Assembly (NCBI RefSeq): GCF_000172995.2
Contig: NC_014731.1
Location: 180,001 to 212,000, forward strand
Direction: 5' to 3'
DNA: 32,000 nucleotides
Source: Halogeometricum borinquense DSM 11551
GTDB lineage: Archaea > Halobacteriota > Halobacteria > Halobacteriales > Haloferacaceae
This document shows, one piece after another, positions 1-8,811 of this stretch. Made by a program: the position numbers and the translations under genes. The notes beneath the pieces were generated by a model. It did not search any database, was not told the origin of the DNA, and was given only the letters and a program-made list of their open reading frames with translations. How positions within the stretch are numbered: the first letter of the stretch is position 1; the number at the start of each line of letters is the position of its first letter.

Positions 1-361
1 CGACTTTGTCTCGGTCCACGAGTTGCATCGCGGCCGTCCACGTGGCGACTTTCGACACCGATCCGACGCGAAAGAGCGTCTCGTCGGGTTTGACTGGGAC
101 TGATTCGCTTTGGTACGCGTGTCCGTATCCCTCTGTGAGCGCGACTTCCCCGTCCTTGACGACGGCGACTGTCAAGCCGCCAGCGTCGTAGTTCGACAGG
201 GCACGCTCGGCAGCGTCGCTGACAACCGATTCGAGGCTGTCATCCCGTGTCTGTGTCGCTGATGATTCGCCGCTCGCTAGACCGCTGGCAGCGACGACGG
301 TACCGGCACCGACCGCAGTCGACCGCGATAGGAACTGTCGCCGTGATAGTGGGGATGTCAT
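1..361 (-). CDS. Tat-exported serine hydrolase (beta-lactamase/transpeptidase-like fold). Only the N-terminal part is present; the 3' end lies beyond the left window edge.
   Basis: Absent from the ORF track because it runs off the edge. The reverse complement of 1..361 reads without stops as MTSPLSRRQFLSRSTAVGAGTVVAASGLASGESS...DETLFRVGSVSKVATWTAAMQLVDRDKV. It has a twin-arginine signal (SRRQFL) and an S-x-x-K motif (SVSK) in the usual F-R-V-G-S-x-S-K context. Confidence 0.6.
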   Translation of the reverse strand, partial: MTSPLSRRQFLSRSTAVGAGTVVAASGLASGESSATQTRDDSLESVVSDAAERALSNYDAGGLTVAVVKDGEVALTEGYGHAYQSESVPVKPDETLFRVGSVSKVATWTAAMQLVDRDKV

Positions 362-664
362 CGATTGGAGACCTGCACTGAAACTACCGTGTGCATCGTA
401 CGATGGGGAGACTATCCGTTTCGACAGTCTGACGAGATATCCTGCACACTCGCCGTGCGACTGTCTGGGCCGATTTGATTGGAGGTATTCGCATCTTAAT
501 GACTATTCTTTGTCACTACCGACAGATAAGCTCCTCTATCGTGTTAGATCATATATCAATAAGTCCCCCTGTGTGGAACTTCTGTGAGCCAGTTCGAGCG
601 CCTTCACTTCGCACCGACTCTCGTCGGTGATGCCTCTCGGAGGCGTTTGGGCATTGAGACTCGA

Positions 665-1516
665 TCAGTTTTTCGGCGCGAGCAGTTCGCCCAGCCAGCG
701 GTCGAGTCGAGAAGCGTCTACATCACCGCTTCGGACGGTAACGACAGTGTTCTCACAGAGCGATTGGACCACTTCGGTCGTCGAACCATCGACGAACTCT
801 CGGAGGCGACTCTTTTGGGGTGCGGCGATCACCGTCGCATCGTAGTACGAAGACTGGTCAACGATTGCTTGGGCGGGTGACCACCCCTCGTAGCGCCAGG
901 TGTCGAACTCGTCGAAGTCGCCCAAGTGATTTGTGCAGTACTCGAATAGTGCATCAGTCTCACTACGTGATTCGTCGTTATCGACGACATGAAAGAAATC
1001 AATCCACGCGTCGTGTGTTTCGCCGATAACGCGTGCGATGTTGAGCGTCGTATCGAGATGTGGTCCTCGTGCCACTGGTACGAGACAGGATGAGAGACTC
1101 GCGACTTCGTTGCCGGGTGTCACTGTGACGTGGTTGCTTTCCGTCGTCAACGCGAATTCGCCGCCACCGAGGGTGGACCGGTGGTCGCGGATGTCGAAAA
1201 TCGTGGTGATGTCGAAGCGGTTCACCACGTCTTGGACCCATTCGGTCGTTATCGTTGCTGGACGTTCGAGAAAGCGCGTCTCGTACTCGACCGATACGTC
1301 GGCCGATTCGGGCTTCAGTGCTTGAGCGGCGGTGGTATTGTCAACGGGGACGACGAATCGGCCGCCGTCAGCGAGCGTCGCGGCGACCTGTACGAACTGA
1401 TTATCGACGGGTATCTCCGCATCAAAGAGACAGAGAACTCGCTCGACGGACGCTTCGCGCCAACCGTCCGAAGAGGTGCCCTTGGAGCTTTTGCCCTCTG
1501 TGAGACGGCTAAGCAT
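665..1516 (-). CDS. Hypothetical acidic protein, possibly a degenerate tandem USP-like (adenine-nucleotide alpha-hydrolase) fold
   Basis: 283-aa ORF with haloarchaeal acidic composition. Segments such as CLVPVARGPHLDTTLNIARVIGE...FFHVVD and ATVIAAPQKSRLREFVDGSTTEVVQSLCENTVVTV resemble USP beta-strand and C-terminal motifs. The antisense ORFs are Arg-rich and look spurious. Confidence 0.5.
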   Translation of the reverse strand: MLSRLTEGKSSKGTSSDGWREASVERVLCLFDAEIPVDNQFVQVAATLADGGRFVVPVDNTTAAQALKPESADVSVEYETRFLERPATITTEWVQDVVNRFDITTIFDIRDHRSTLGGGEFALTTESNHVTVTPGNEVASLSSCLVPVARGPHLDTTLNIARVIGETHDAWIDFFHVVDNDESRSETDALFEYCTNHLGDFDEFDTWRYEGWSPAQAIVDQSSYYDATVIAAPQKSRLREFVDGSTTEVVQSLCENTVVTVRSGDVDASRLDRWLGELLAPKN

Positions 1517-1581
1517 GGCCGATGCTTGTTTCGGGAGCTAATAAATCCCCTTCTCTGTTAATGCGGTCAAATACGGTCATC

Positions 1582-1821
1582 TCAGTACTTAAAATCGGAT
1601 TTAAGCCATCGTGCTCGGATAACACGCTCCGCTTTTTCGTCCCCGACCCGGTCCACCCACGTTTCGGCGTCCGGCCTCGAACAGGAGCGAATCTCCATGA
1701 GCGCAGCAACGAGATCAGAGTACGGACGCGGGTCTACCGGTTCCTCGGTCAGGTCTAACTCGTCTATGTTCGGTACGGGAACTGTCACGGATACTCTATT
1801 CGCTCGATACGCAACAGTCAT
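1582..1821 (-). CDS. Small hypothetical protein (79 aa)
   Basis: Acidic composition, whereas the overlapping plus-strand ORF is basic. A well-formed promoter precedes it: a TATA-like TTTAATAT (minus strand, 1840..1847) about 23 nt upstream of the ATG. Confidence 0.45.
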   Translation of the reverse strand: MTVAYRANRVSVTVPVPNIDELDLTEEPVDPRPYSDLVAALMEIRSCSRPDAETWVDRVGDEKAERVIRARWLKSDFKY

Positions 1822-1839
1822 TCGGCCGTCTTCTCAAAG

Positions 1840-1870
1840 ATATTAAAGACAGTTTTGCTAGTAAAACTAG
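1840..1870 (-). promoter_or_regulatory. Promoter of the 79-aa ORF: a TATA-like box plus an inverted pair of TAGTTTTRC 9-mers
   Basis: On the minus strand the sequence reads CTAGTTTTACTAGCAAAACTG-TC-TTTAATAT-(18 nt)-ATG. The 13-mer CTAGTTTTACTAG is identical to the one at 31825..31837. Confidence 0.4.
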
Positions 1871-1881
1871 AACAGACAGCG

Positions 1882-2835
1882 CTACAACGACCGTTCGGGA
1901 TTACCGTACTGCATCATGTCGAGGAACATCGTCTCGAAGACTTCCTCGTCTATCGTCTCGACGATGTTCGCGTTCGGTTCGTTGTCGGTGACGCCGCGTT
2001 CGTCCACGAGGCTGTATCCACGGGTCATCCCCTCTCGTTCGTCCACGTCTACGTAGTACTCGTTGGACTCGGTGATGAGTTCGGGTTCGAGTACGCACGC
2101 CATCGCCAGTGAGTCGGGTTGGGTGGTGCTCACCTCGCCGTACTGTTCGCGGGCGAACTCGCGGGCGCGTTCGGAGATGGTGGTGAAAAAGTCCGCATAC
2201 TTCGTCTCGGCCGCCTCAATCTCGGCTAGCATCTCGGCGTCGAACCGCCCCTGTCGGAGCGAGAGATCCCAATCGACAAGCGTCACATCCAGTTCGTCTA
2301 CGACGACACTCGCGGCCTCGGGGTCTACCCAGAAGTTGAACTCGGCCGAGGGAGTGTCGTTGCCGAGGGTGTTGACCGCGCCGCCCATCACCCACACCTC
2401 GTCTACCAGTTCGTTCAGGTTCGGTTCGAGGCGGAGCGCGAGGGCGATGTTGGTCAACGGACCGATGCAGACGAGCGTAATCTCACCGGGTGATTCGCGG
2501 ACGCGTTCGACGATGGCGTTCGCACCGTGCTGATCGGCAGACGGAATCCCCGTCTCGGGAAAGAGATTTCCGCCGAGTCCACCCTCGCCGTGAACTTGGT
2601 CGGCGTGTTCGTGGTCTTTGACGAGTGGTTTCCGAGCGCCTTCGTAGACCGGAATATCAGTCGCGTCAGCAACTTCCAGCGTGTACTTCGCGTTCTCGAC
2701 TTCGTAGTCGAATTCGACGTTACCGGCGACGATGGTGAGCGCTTCGACGTCGATAGAGTCGGCCAGTGCGGCCATGAGAATCGCCATCGAGTCGTCGCCC
2801 GCCGTGTCGGTGTCGATAATGACGCGTCTGCTCAT
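1882..2835 (-). CDS. Nucleoside hydrolase (inosine/uridine-preferring, IUNH family)
   Basis: N-terminal VIIDTDTAGDDSMAI contains the DxDxxxDD calcium/ribose-binding signature of IUNH enzymes. Length is 317 aa, typical for the family. Confidence 0.9.
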   Translation of the reverse strand: MSRRVIIDTDTAGDDSMAILMAALADSIDVEALTIVAGNVEFDYEVENAKYTLEVADATDIPVYEGARKPLVKDHEHADQVHGEGGLGGNLFPETGIPSADQHGANAIVERVRESPGEITLVCIGPLTNIALALRLEPNLNELVDEVWVMGGAVNTLGNDTPSAEFNFWVDPEAASVVVDELDVTLVDWDLSLRQGRFDAEMLAEIEAAETKYADFFTTISERAREFAREQYGEVSTTQPDSLAMACVLEPELITESNEYYVDVDEREGMTRGYSLVDERGVTDNEPNANIVETIDEEVFETMFLDMMQYGNPERSL

Positions 2836-2945
2836 ACGGGGGTTTTCCCGTCGTACCGTTTAACCCCACTGGGTACGGGCCGCGTTCGCCGCATCGGCCC
2901 CACTGCGAGATTCTCGTTGTTGTCTCCCTCCGTCTGTCGGCTCTT

Positions 2946-3719
2946 TTATTGGGTGTTCAGTTGGCCGCCGTCAACAATGACCGACTCAGCAGTGACGTAG
3001 GAGGCCAAGTCGCTGGCGAGGAACGTGACGACACCTGCCACGTCTTCAGGTTGGCCGACGCGGCGGAGCGGAATCGTCGGCAGCATCTTTTCTTCCTGCT
3101 CGGTTCCGACGAAGGGCGAGTCTTCCGTCGTCATCGTCGTTTCGATGATGCCGGGATGGACTGCGTTCACGCGGATTCCGTCAGGACCGAGTTCGCTCGC
3201 AAGTGCGTAAGTGAACGAGCGGACGCCGCCCTTCGCGGCGGAGTACGGGGTGATTCCACCGAAGCCGGTTATTCCGGCGACGCTTGACATGTTGACGATA
3301 CTTCCGTGTACTCCTTGTTCGAGCATCGCCAACGCGGCCGCCTTCGACCCGTGGACCACGCCATCGAGGTTGATCGAAATCAGGTTACGGTAGTCTTCTA
3401 AGTCGATATCCACGAGTGGGTCCTGTGGACCGACGATACCCGCGTTGTTCACCATCACGTCGATACCGCCGAACTCATCGGCCGCCTCGACGGCGGCTAC
3501 GCAATCGTCGTAATCGCTCACGTCACACTCGACGTACATCGACTCCGCACCTTCCTCCTGCAGGAGTTCGTGCGTCGGCGTGCCGCCCTCGCGAGGCTCT
3601 TCACTGATGTCGGCAACGACCACTGACGCTCCGTGGTCAGCGAACGTTCGCGCGATACCGCGACCGATGCCGCCGGAACTGCCCGTGATGACTGCCGTCT
3701 TGCCTTCCAAAAGTGACAT
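2946..3719 (-). CDS. Classical short-chain dehydrogenase/reductase (SDR)
   Basis: TGSSGGIGRGIA (TGxxxGxG), NNAG, a catalytic Ser in MSSVAG, and YSAAK (YxxxK). 257 aa. Confidence 0.9.
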   Translation of the reverse strand: MSLLEGKTAVITGSSGGIGRGIARTFADHGASVVVADISEEPREGGTPTHELLQEEGAESMYVECDVSDYDDCVAAVEAADEFGGIDVMVNNAGIVGPQDPLVDIDLEDYRNLISINLDGVVHGSKAAALAMLEQGVHGSIVNMSSVAGITGFGGITPYSAAKGGVRSFTYALASELGPDGIRVNAVHPGIIETTMTTEDSPFVGTEQEEKMLPTIPLRRVGQPEDVAGVVTFLASDLASYVTAESVIVDGGQLNTQ

Positions 3720-3827
3720 TGCATTTAGAACTCTCTCCGAATTCTGATAACTGTACCCCCCGTTAGGCGATCACTCGTCACGGATCGAACGCCGAAGGGT
3801 CTTATCGGCGGCCCGCTACGTGGGAGT

Positions 3828-4760
3828 ATGGGCCGTGTCGTGAGTCTCGGGAGCATCAACGTCGATCACGTCGGATACACGTCTACGGAGTGGATTCGCT
3901 CGACGGCGGCGTCATACGACTGGTTCCCGTCGCCGGGCGAGACAGTGCGAGTGGAGTCGTTTCCCGACTCCCTCGCTCAAGCGTACGACGAGCGATACCT
4001 CGGTGGCAAGGGCGCGAATCAGGCAGTCGCGGCGGCGGCCGCCGGTGCCGATACTTCGCTTTTAGGAATGGTTGGCGAGGACGAATCCGAGTACGAGGTC
4101 CGTACGACGCTCTCGAAACGGGGAGTCGATGTGACCGAGGTCGAATCGACCGACGGGCCGACCGGCGCGGCGTACGTCGCCGTAGACGAGACCGGTGAGA
4201 ACTACATCGCTATCCTCGCTGGAGCGAACGGCCGCGTAGACGACGCGTACGTCGAACGGCACGTCGGGTCTCTCACCAGCGCCGACTGCTTACTCGTACA
4301 GAACGAACTCCCGGCTGAGACGGTTCGTGCCGCGCTTGATCACCTCGCCGAACGTGATAATCGCCCGACGGTCGTCTACGACCCTGCACCTGCCGCGGAT
4401 GCGACGACGATTCTCACACACGACTGCGTGGACGTGGTGACGCCGAATCGGGGAGAGTACGAGACGCTTCGGGACGATATCGAAGCGTTCGACGGTATTG
4501 TCGTCAGAACTCGTGGAGCGGAAGGCGTCGTCGTGGAGGGTGAGGACCGATTTACTGTTCCATCGCCGTCGGTCGAACCGATAGATACGACCGGCGCGGG
4601 CGACGTGTTCGCCGGTTTCCTCGGGGCGGAACTCGCGGCCGGGTCGGACCTCGAACAGGCGGTTCGACTGGCGACCGTCGCGGGCGCGGTCTCGACCGAA
4701 CGCGAGGGTGTACAGGCGGCGGTGCCGTCGCGCAAGGTAGTCGAATCGGCGACCGTGTGA
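3828..4760 (+). CDS. rbsK: Ribokinase (PfkB family carbohydrate kinase)
   Basis: GGKGANQAVAAA (PfkB signature 1) and DTTGAGDVFAG (signature 2, catalytic Asp). 310 aa. Confidence 0.85.
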   Translation: MGRVVSLGSINVDHVGYTSTEWIRSTAASYDWFPSPGETVRVESFPDSLAQAYDERYLGGKGANQAVAAAAAGADTSLLGMVGEDESEYEVRTTLSKRGVDVTEVESTDGPTGAAYVAVDETGENYIAILAGANGRVDDAYVERHVGSLTSADCLLVQNELPAETVRAALDHLAERDNRPTVVYDPAPAADATTILTHDCVDVVTPNRGEYETLRDDIEAFDGIVVRTRGAEGVVVEGEDRFTVPSPSVEPIDTTGAGDVFAGFLGAELAAGSDLEQAVRLATVAGAVSTEREGVQAAVPSRKVVESATV

Positions 4761-4806
4761 ATCAGCGTCCGTTGCTGAGTGTCTCTTTTCTCGTTGTTGA
4801 CCGCTC

Positions 4807-5439
4807 TTACTCTAGTGAGATATCGAATCCCCACGTGAACGACGCCGTCTCCTCCTCGCCCGATTCGTCTCTGACCGAGTACGGCGACTCGAAGCGGAAC
4901 GTTCCGGTGGGAAGGCACGCGTCCGTGTCGGGCGCGCCGTACAGTTCGAGTACTTGGCTCGCGGATTCGCCCGGTTCGAGCGTTACCATCCGGTACTCTT
5001 CGGTAATGGCGATGCCCTCGGTGAGCCGCCAGCACCCCGCTTCGACGGGATAGTCACTCCCGGCAGGGAGGAGCATCAGGTTGTTAGCCGTATCGTTTCG
5101 GTACGCAAAGACGATAGCGCGGCCCTCTCCAAGGGTTAAGGTCCGGTCGCTCTCGTTCGTCACGGTGGCTTTGAGTCCCGGCGGCTGGCTCTCTGTCGCC
5201 GTCTTTTGTGTTACTTCGATTGCAGGGCGGACAGGTGCGTCGGGGAGTTCGTCCGTCGAAACGATGGAAAGTTCCGGGCCACCGGTCTCTGTTGGAGACG
5301 TGTCGCTGTCGCCCTCGGTTTCATCGTCGGTTTCGTCGCCGCCGTTTGCATCACCGTTACCTTCGCCGAGGCACCCGGTAAGGAGTGCTACTGTGCCGAT
5401 GCCGCAGGAACTGAGAAGTGTTCGTCGGGTCGTGTTCAT
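4807..5439 (-). CDS. Tat-exported lipoprotein, function unknown
   Basis: The internal Met at 5439 gives MNTTRRTLLSSCGIGTVALLTGCLG, a twin-arginine motif plus a lipobox Cys, followed by an acidic Thr/Asp/Glu linker. The 34-codon upstream extension in the ORF track has no signal-peptide logic. Confidence 0.7.
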   Translation of the reverse strand: MNTTRRTLLSSCGIGTVALLTGCLGEGNGDANGGDETDDETEGDSDTSPTETGGPELSIVSTDELPDAPVRPAIEVTQKTATESQPPGLKATVTNESDRTLTLGEGRAIVFAYRNDTANNLMLLPAGSDYPVEAGCWRLTEGIAITEEYRMVTLEPGESASQVLELYGAPDTDACLPTGTFRFESPYSVRDESGEEETASFTWGFDISLE

Positions 5440-5606
5440 ACTCCATACATCGGTGTTTGGGAGCATAATCCCGTTGTAGGCGCAAAGGGACGTTTGTCTC
5501 ACCACCATCTGGACGCCGTCTGTCTCACTTCCGTGACCCACTTTCTCTTCGTGATTTCCCGACCGCGACCGGTGGAGTTATGAATAATTAGGCAAGCCTA
5601 AAAATA

Positions 5607-6509
5607 ATGTCAAACGAAAACGCAGGTTCGACGCAAGACGCACACGATGTCGTCGTTGTCGGCGGCGGCCCGGCAGGGTGTTCGGCGGCCGTCTTCGCCG
5701 CGCGATACGGATTCGATACGGTCGTCTTCGACCGCGGTCGGTCATCACTTCGACACTGCGGCTATCTGGAGAACTACCTCGGCTTCCCGGGTGGTATCGA
5801 CATCGACGCGTTCTACACGCTGATGCACGACCACGTCGAGGCCGCCGGATGTACAATCGTCCCAGAACTCGTGTCGTCCGTCGAACGCGAGGGAGACGAA
5901 TTTCGCATCGAGACGCAGGATGGGACGGTGGTTCGCGCGCCGCGCGTCGTTGCGGCGACGAAGTACGATGCCGACTACCTTGACGGACTGGACGAGGAAC
6001 TGCTCCAACCGGACGGCCACGGCGGAATGGAACTCGACCCTTCATTCTCCGATGCCGACGGAAGCACACCCGTAGACGGCCTCTACGTTGCGGGACCCAT
6101 CTCGGATGTGGAGGACCAAGCGATTATCGCCGCCGGTCACGGTGCCCGCGTCGGTAGGCGTCTACTCGCGGATGCCCGACGAAATGACGGGTATTGGGAC
6201 GCCGTGGCGGCGTACTACGACTGGGTACGCAAGGAGTCTACGCTGACCGAGGAGTGGCGAGATAGAGACAGATGGCGCGAACTCTTCGACGAGCATTTCG
6301 CCCCCGACGACGGCGGCCAGTACGACCCTTCACATATCGAACGCGTGCGCGAGGAGTATATCGACGAACGAAAAGCAAAGTACGCGACGGACGAGGAGAT
6401 CGCCCGCCGAACCGACGCGGGAACTGAGCAGCTCGTCGACTCTCTGGGTGCTGAGCGCCTCCTTGACGCTATCGACGACGACCGGATTCGAGCGTACCTC
6501 GACGACTGA
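5607..6509 (+). CDS. FAD-dependent oxidoreductase, thioredoxin-reductase-like but lacking the NADPH domain and CxxC, with a C-terminal acidic extension of about 110 aa
   Basis: VVVVGGGPAGCSAAVFAARYG (GxGxxG FAD fold), ENYLGFPGGI (TrxR-like NYPG motif), and GLYVAGP...QAIIAAGHGA (C-terminal FAD motif). It is a paralog of 23432..24010. Confidence 0.8.
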   Translation: MSNENAGSTQDAHDVVVVGGGPAGCSAAVFAARYGFDTVVFDRGRSSLRHCGYLENYLGFPGGIDIDAFYTLMHDHVEAAGCTIVPELVSSVEREGDEFRIETQDGTVVRAPRVVAATKYDADYLDGLDEELLQPDGHGGMELDPSFSDADGSTPVDGLYVAGPISDVEDQAIIAAGHGARVGRRLLADARRNDGYWDAVAAYYDWVRKESTLTEEWRDRDRWRELFDEHFAPDDGGQYDPSHIERVREEYIDERKAKYATDEEIARRTDAGTEQLVDSLGAERLLDAIDDDRIRAYLDD

Positions 6510-6513
6510 TTGT

Positions 6514-6564
6514 TATCGGCCGCTTCCGCGTCACTCGTCTCTTGCTATCGGTCGCTTCTCCGTC
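6514..6564 (+). promoter_or_regulatory. Two 19-nt direct repeats upstream of thiE (candidate operator)
   Basis: TATCGGCCGCTTCCGCGTC (6514..6532) and TATCGGTCGCTTCTCCGTC (6546..6564). They share 16/19 positions and have a 32-nt period. Confidence 0.3.
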
Positions 6565-6611
6565 GCCTGTTCCGACAGCGTTTTGCCGACAAACACCAGT
6601 CTATACAACTG

Positions 6612-7256
6612 ATGAATATTCCGATGCGGACGTATCTCGTGACTCAAGGAGACCGTTCTCGGGGACGGGGAACGGGAAGTATCGTTCGTGCCGCTATCGA
6701 AGGCGGCGTCGATATCGTCCAGATGCGCGAGAAGCACACGAGTGCGCGGGAGCGCTACGAACTCGGAAAGGAACTCCGAGCGCTCACCCGCGAGGCGGAT
6801 ATTCCGTTCGTAGTGAATGACCGCGTTGACATCGCTGCGGCCGTCGATGCGGACGGCGTCCACCTCGGTGACGACGACTTGCCTGTGTCAGTCGCGCGTG
6901 ACCATCTCGGTGAGGAGGCGATTATCGGTCGATCCGTCTCGACACCCGAGGCCGCTAGCGAAGCCGAACGCGCCGGTGCAGATTACCTCGGCGTCGGTGC
7001 GGTCTTCGCCACTGATACGAAGGATGTCAACGAGGGCGAAGCCGAAATCGGAACCGAGACGATTGCGGAGATCGCTGAGACGGTCGATATTCCGATTGTT
7101 GGTATCGGCGGGATCAACGCGGACAACGCGACCGAAGTCGTCAACGCGGGTGCAGCAGGCGTGGCCGTCGTTACGACTATCACCGATGCCGATGACCCCG
7201 CGGCGGCGACGCAGCAACTCCGTCAGGCGGTCGAGAACGGGAGGACCACCGTATGA
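6612..7256 (+). CDS. thiE: Thiamine-phosphate synthase
   Basis: YLVTQG..., VQMREK, GVHLGDDDLP, ADYLGVGAVFATDTK and VGIGGI are typical ThiE motifs. The start is set at ATG 6612, with ATG 6624 as an alternative. The track ORF begins at a TTG at 6510 that adds an Arg/Ser-rich non-homologous extension. Confidence 0.9.
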   Translation: MNIPMRTYLVTQGDRSRGRGTGSIVRAAIEGGVDIVQMREKHTSARERYELGKELRALTREADIPFVVNDRVDIAAAVDADGVHLGDDDLPVSVARDHLGEEAIIGRSVSTPEAASEAERAGADYLGVGAVFATDTKDVNEGEAEIGTETIAEIAETVDIPIVGIGGINADNATEVVNAGAAGVAVVTTITDADDPAAATQQLRQAVENGRTTV

Positions 7257-8080
7257 CGCTCGGTGTGAATCTCGATGAGACGCTCTCGGCGATTCGGTCC
7301 ACTAAGCCTCTCGTCAACTCCGTGACGAACAACGTGACCGTAGGAGACGTGGCCGACGTGACGCTCTATTGGGGTGGTCTACCGGTTATGTCCGACGACG
7401 AGCGCGAAGTCGGTGACATGGTCGCGGGCGCGCAGGCGTGTCTACTCAATATGGGCACGGTGAGCGAGGGCGGCGAAGCGGCGATGGTCGCTGCGGGTCG
7501 CTCAGCGAACGACCATGGCGTCCCGCTCGTCGTAGACCCTGTCGGCGTCGGTGCAACACCGACACGGAACCGGGTCGCAGACCGTCTCGTCACCGAACTC
7601 GACGTTGACGTTCTCAACGGCAACTACGGTGAGATAAGCGCTCTTGTCGGTGAAGACGCCGAGGTTCGGGGGGTCGAATCCGTCGGCGAATACGCCGAAA
7701 TTGCGGAGACAGCGGTGGCGTGCGCTCGACAGACGGGTGCCGTCGTTGTCGCCTCCGGCGAGACAGACGTGGTGGCGACGGCCGACGAGGCGTTTGAGGT
7801 ACACGCCGGCCACGAGATGATGGGCAATGTCGTCGGTACCGGGTGCATGCTCGGCGTGACTCTCGCCACGTTCGCCGGTGTGATGGATAGCGTCCGGGAC
7901 GCAGCGCTGGCCGGGACACTGGCCTTCGGCCTCGCAGGTGAAGCAGCGGCCGACGAACAGTTCGGAACGTACGCGGGTCCGGCGAGTTACAAGGTCACCT
8001 TCCTTGATGCAGTGTCCGGACTCGGTGGCGTTGACCGTCCGGATGCTGACTCGCGTATCGAACAGGTGGTGACGAACTGA
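7253..8080 (+). CDS. thiM: Hydroxyethylthiazole kinase
   Basis: PLVNSVTNNVTVGDVADVTLYWGGLPVM, LVVDPVGVGAT and NGNYGEI are ThiM-family motifs. The start overlaps the thiE stop (ATGA). Confidence 0.9.
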   Translation: MTLGVNLDETLSAIRSTKPLVNSVTNNVTVGDVADVTLYWGGLPVMSDDEREVGDMVAGAQACLLNMGTVSEGGEAAMVAAGRSANDHGVPLVVDPVGVGATPTRNRVADRLVTELDVDVLNGNYGEISALVGEDAEVRGVESVGEYAEIAETAVACARQTGAVVVASGETDVVATADEAFEVHAGHEMMGNVVGTGCMLGVTLATFAGVMDSVRDAALAGTLAFGLAGEAAADEQFGTYAGPASYKVTFLDAVSGLGGVDRPDADSRIEQVVTN

Positions 8081-8811
8081 TGGGACTCGTCGTTACTGGT
8101 GGCACGGGTGGAATTGGCCGCGCTGTCGTCGAACGCAAGCGCGAGTCGGACGTGGTGTTCTCGTACCACCGAGACGAGGATGGCGCGTCGGAACTCGTCG
8201 CCGACACAGACGCCGAAACGGCGACGACACAAGCACTCCAGTTGGACGTGACCGATGCAGACTCCGTGGAGGCGTTCGCTGAGGAGGCAACGGCGACGCT
8301 GGACACGGTTGATGGTGTGGTCCACACTGTTGGCATCGTTGAACCTGAACTTCTCGAACAGTCGACGGACGATCAGTGGTCACGCGTTATCGAGACGAAC
8401 CTCATCGGGTCCGCTCGCGTCGCTCGGGCCTTCCTCCCTGCTCTCCGTGAATCCAGTGGATCGCTCGTGTTCCTCTCTAGCGTCGGCGGGACCGCTGGCA
8501 CCGTCGATACGAGTTACGCCGCGAGCAAGTCAGGACTACACGGGCTTGTCCGCGCGCTCGCGCGAGAAGTCGGTCCCGATGGCGTCCGCGTAAACGCCCT
8601 CGCACCCGGTCCGGTAGAAACATCGATGAACGGTACTATCGTCGATTACTTGGAGTCCACCGCGTTCCTCGGTCACGAAAACGTCGATACGCACCTGCCA
8701 ACGTACGCCTGTGCGCCCGAGGAGGTCGCTCAGTCTGTCACCTACCTTCTCGACAGTTCGTTCACACACGGAGAGATTCTGAACGTCAACGGAGGGATGC
8801 ACTTTCGATGA
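8080..8811 (+). CDS. SDR-family oxidoreductase embedded in the thiamine operon
   Basis: VTGGTGGIGRAV (Rossmann motif), a Ser in LSSVGG, and YAASK (YxxxK). The start overlaps the thiM stop (TGATG) and the stop overlaps the thiD start (ATGA). Confidence 0.85.
   Translation: MGLVVTGGTGGIGRAVVERKRESDVVFSYHRDEDGASELVADTDAETATTQALQLDVTDADSVEAFAEEATATLDTVDGVVHTVGIVEPELLEQSTDDQWSRVIETNLIGSARVARAFLPALRESSGSLVFLSSVGGTAGTVDTSYAASKSGLHGLVRALAREVGPDGVRVNALAPGPVETSMNGTIVDYLESTAFLGHENVDTHLPTYACAPEEVAQSVTYLLDSSFTHGEILNVNGGMHFR

Noticed and set aside
612-629. The hairpin CACCGAC-tctc-GTCGGTG downstream of the 665..1516 gene, as a terminator
   Set aside because: No U-tract follows on the transcribed strand, and archaeal termination relies mainly on oligo-T. 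Position alone is not sufficient.
5440-5541. N-terminal extensions implied by the ORF track: 5440..5541 (lipoprotein), 6510..6611 (thiE, TTG start), 10704..10742 (tusA), 10917..10928 (rhodanese-MBL), 17905..17937 (nrdA), 20160..20207 (kinase), 29585..29665 (HalOD1), 29899..29928 (zinc ribbon)
   Set aside because: The extensions are non-homologous, often hydrophobic or basic, and would bury signal peptides or conserved N-termini. Internal ATGs give family-typical starts. The exact starts remain uncertain without N-terminal or TSS data.
6510-6611. A TPP riboswitch upstream of thiE
   Set aside because: None of the conserved THI-box elements (for example the CUGAGA and ACCUGAUCUGGAUAAUGCCAGCG-like segments) is visible. 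Haloarchaea are known to use a protein regulator instead.
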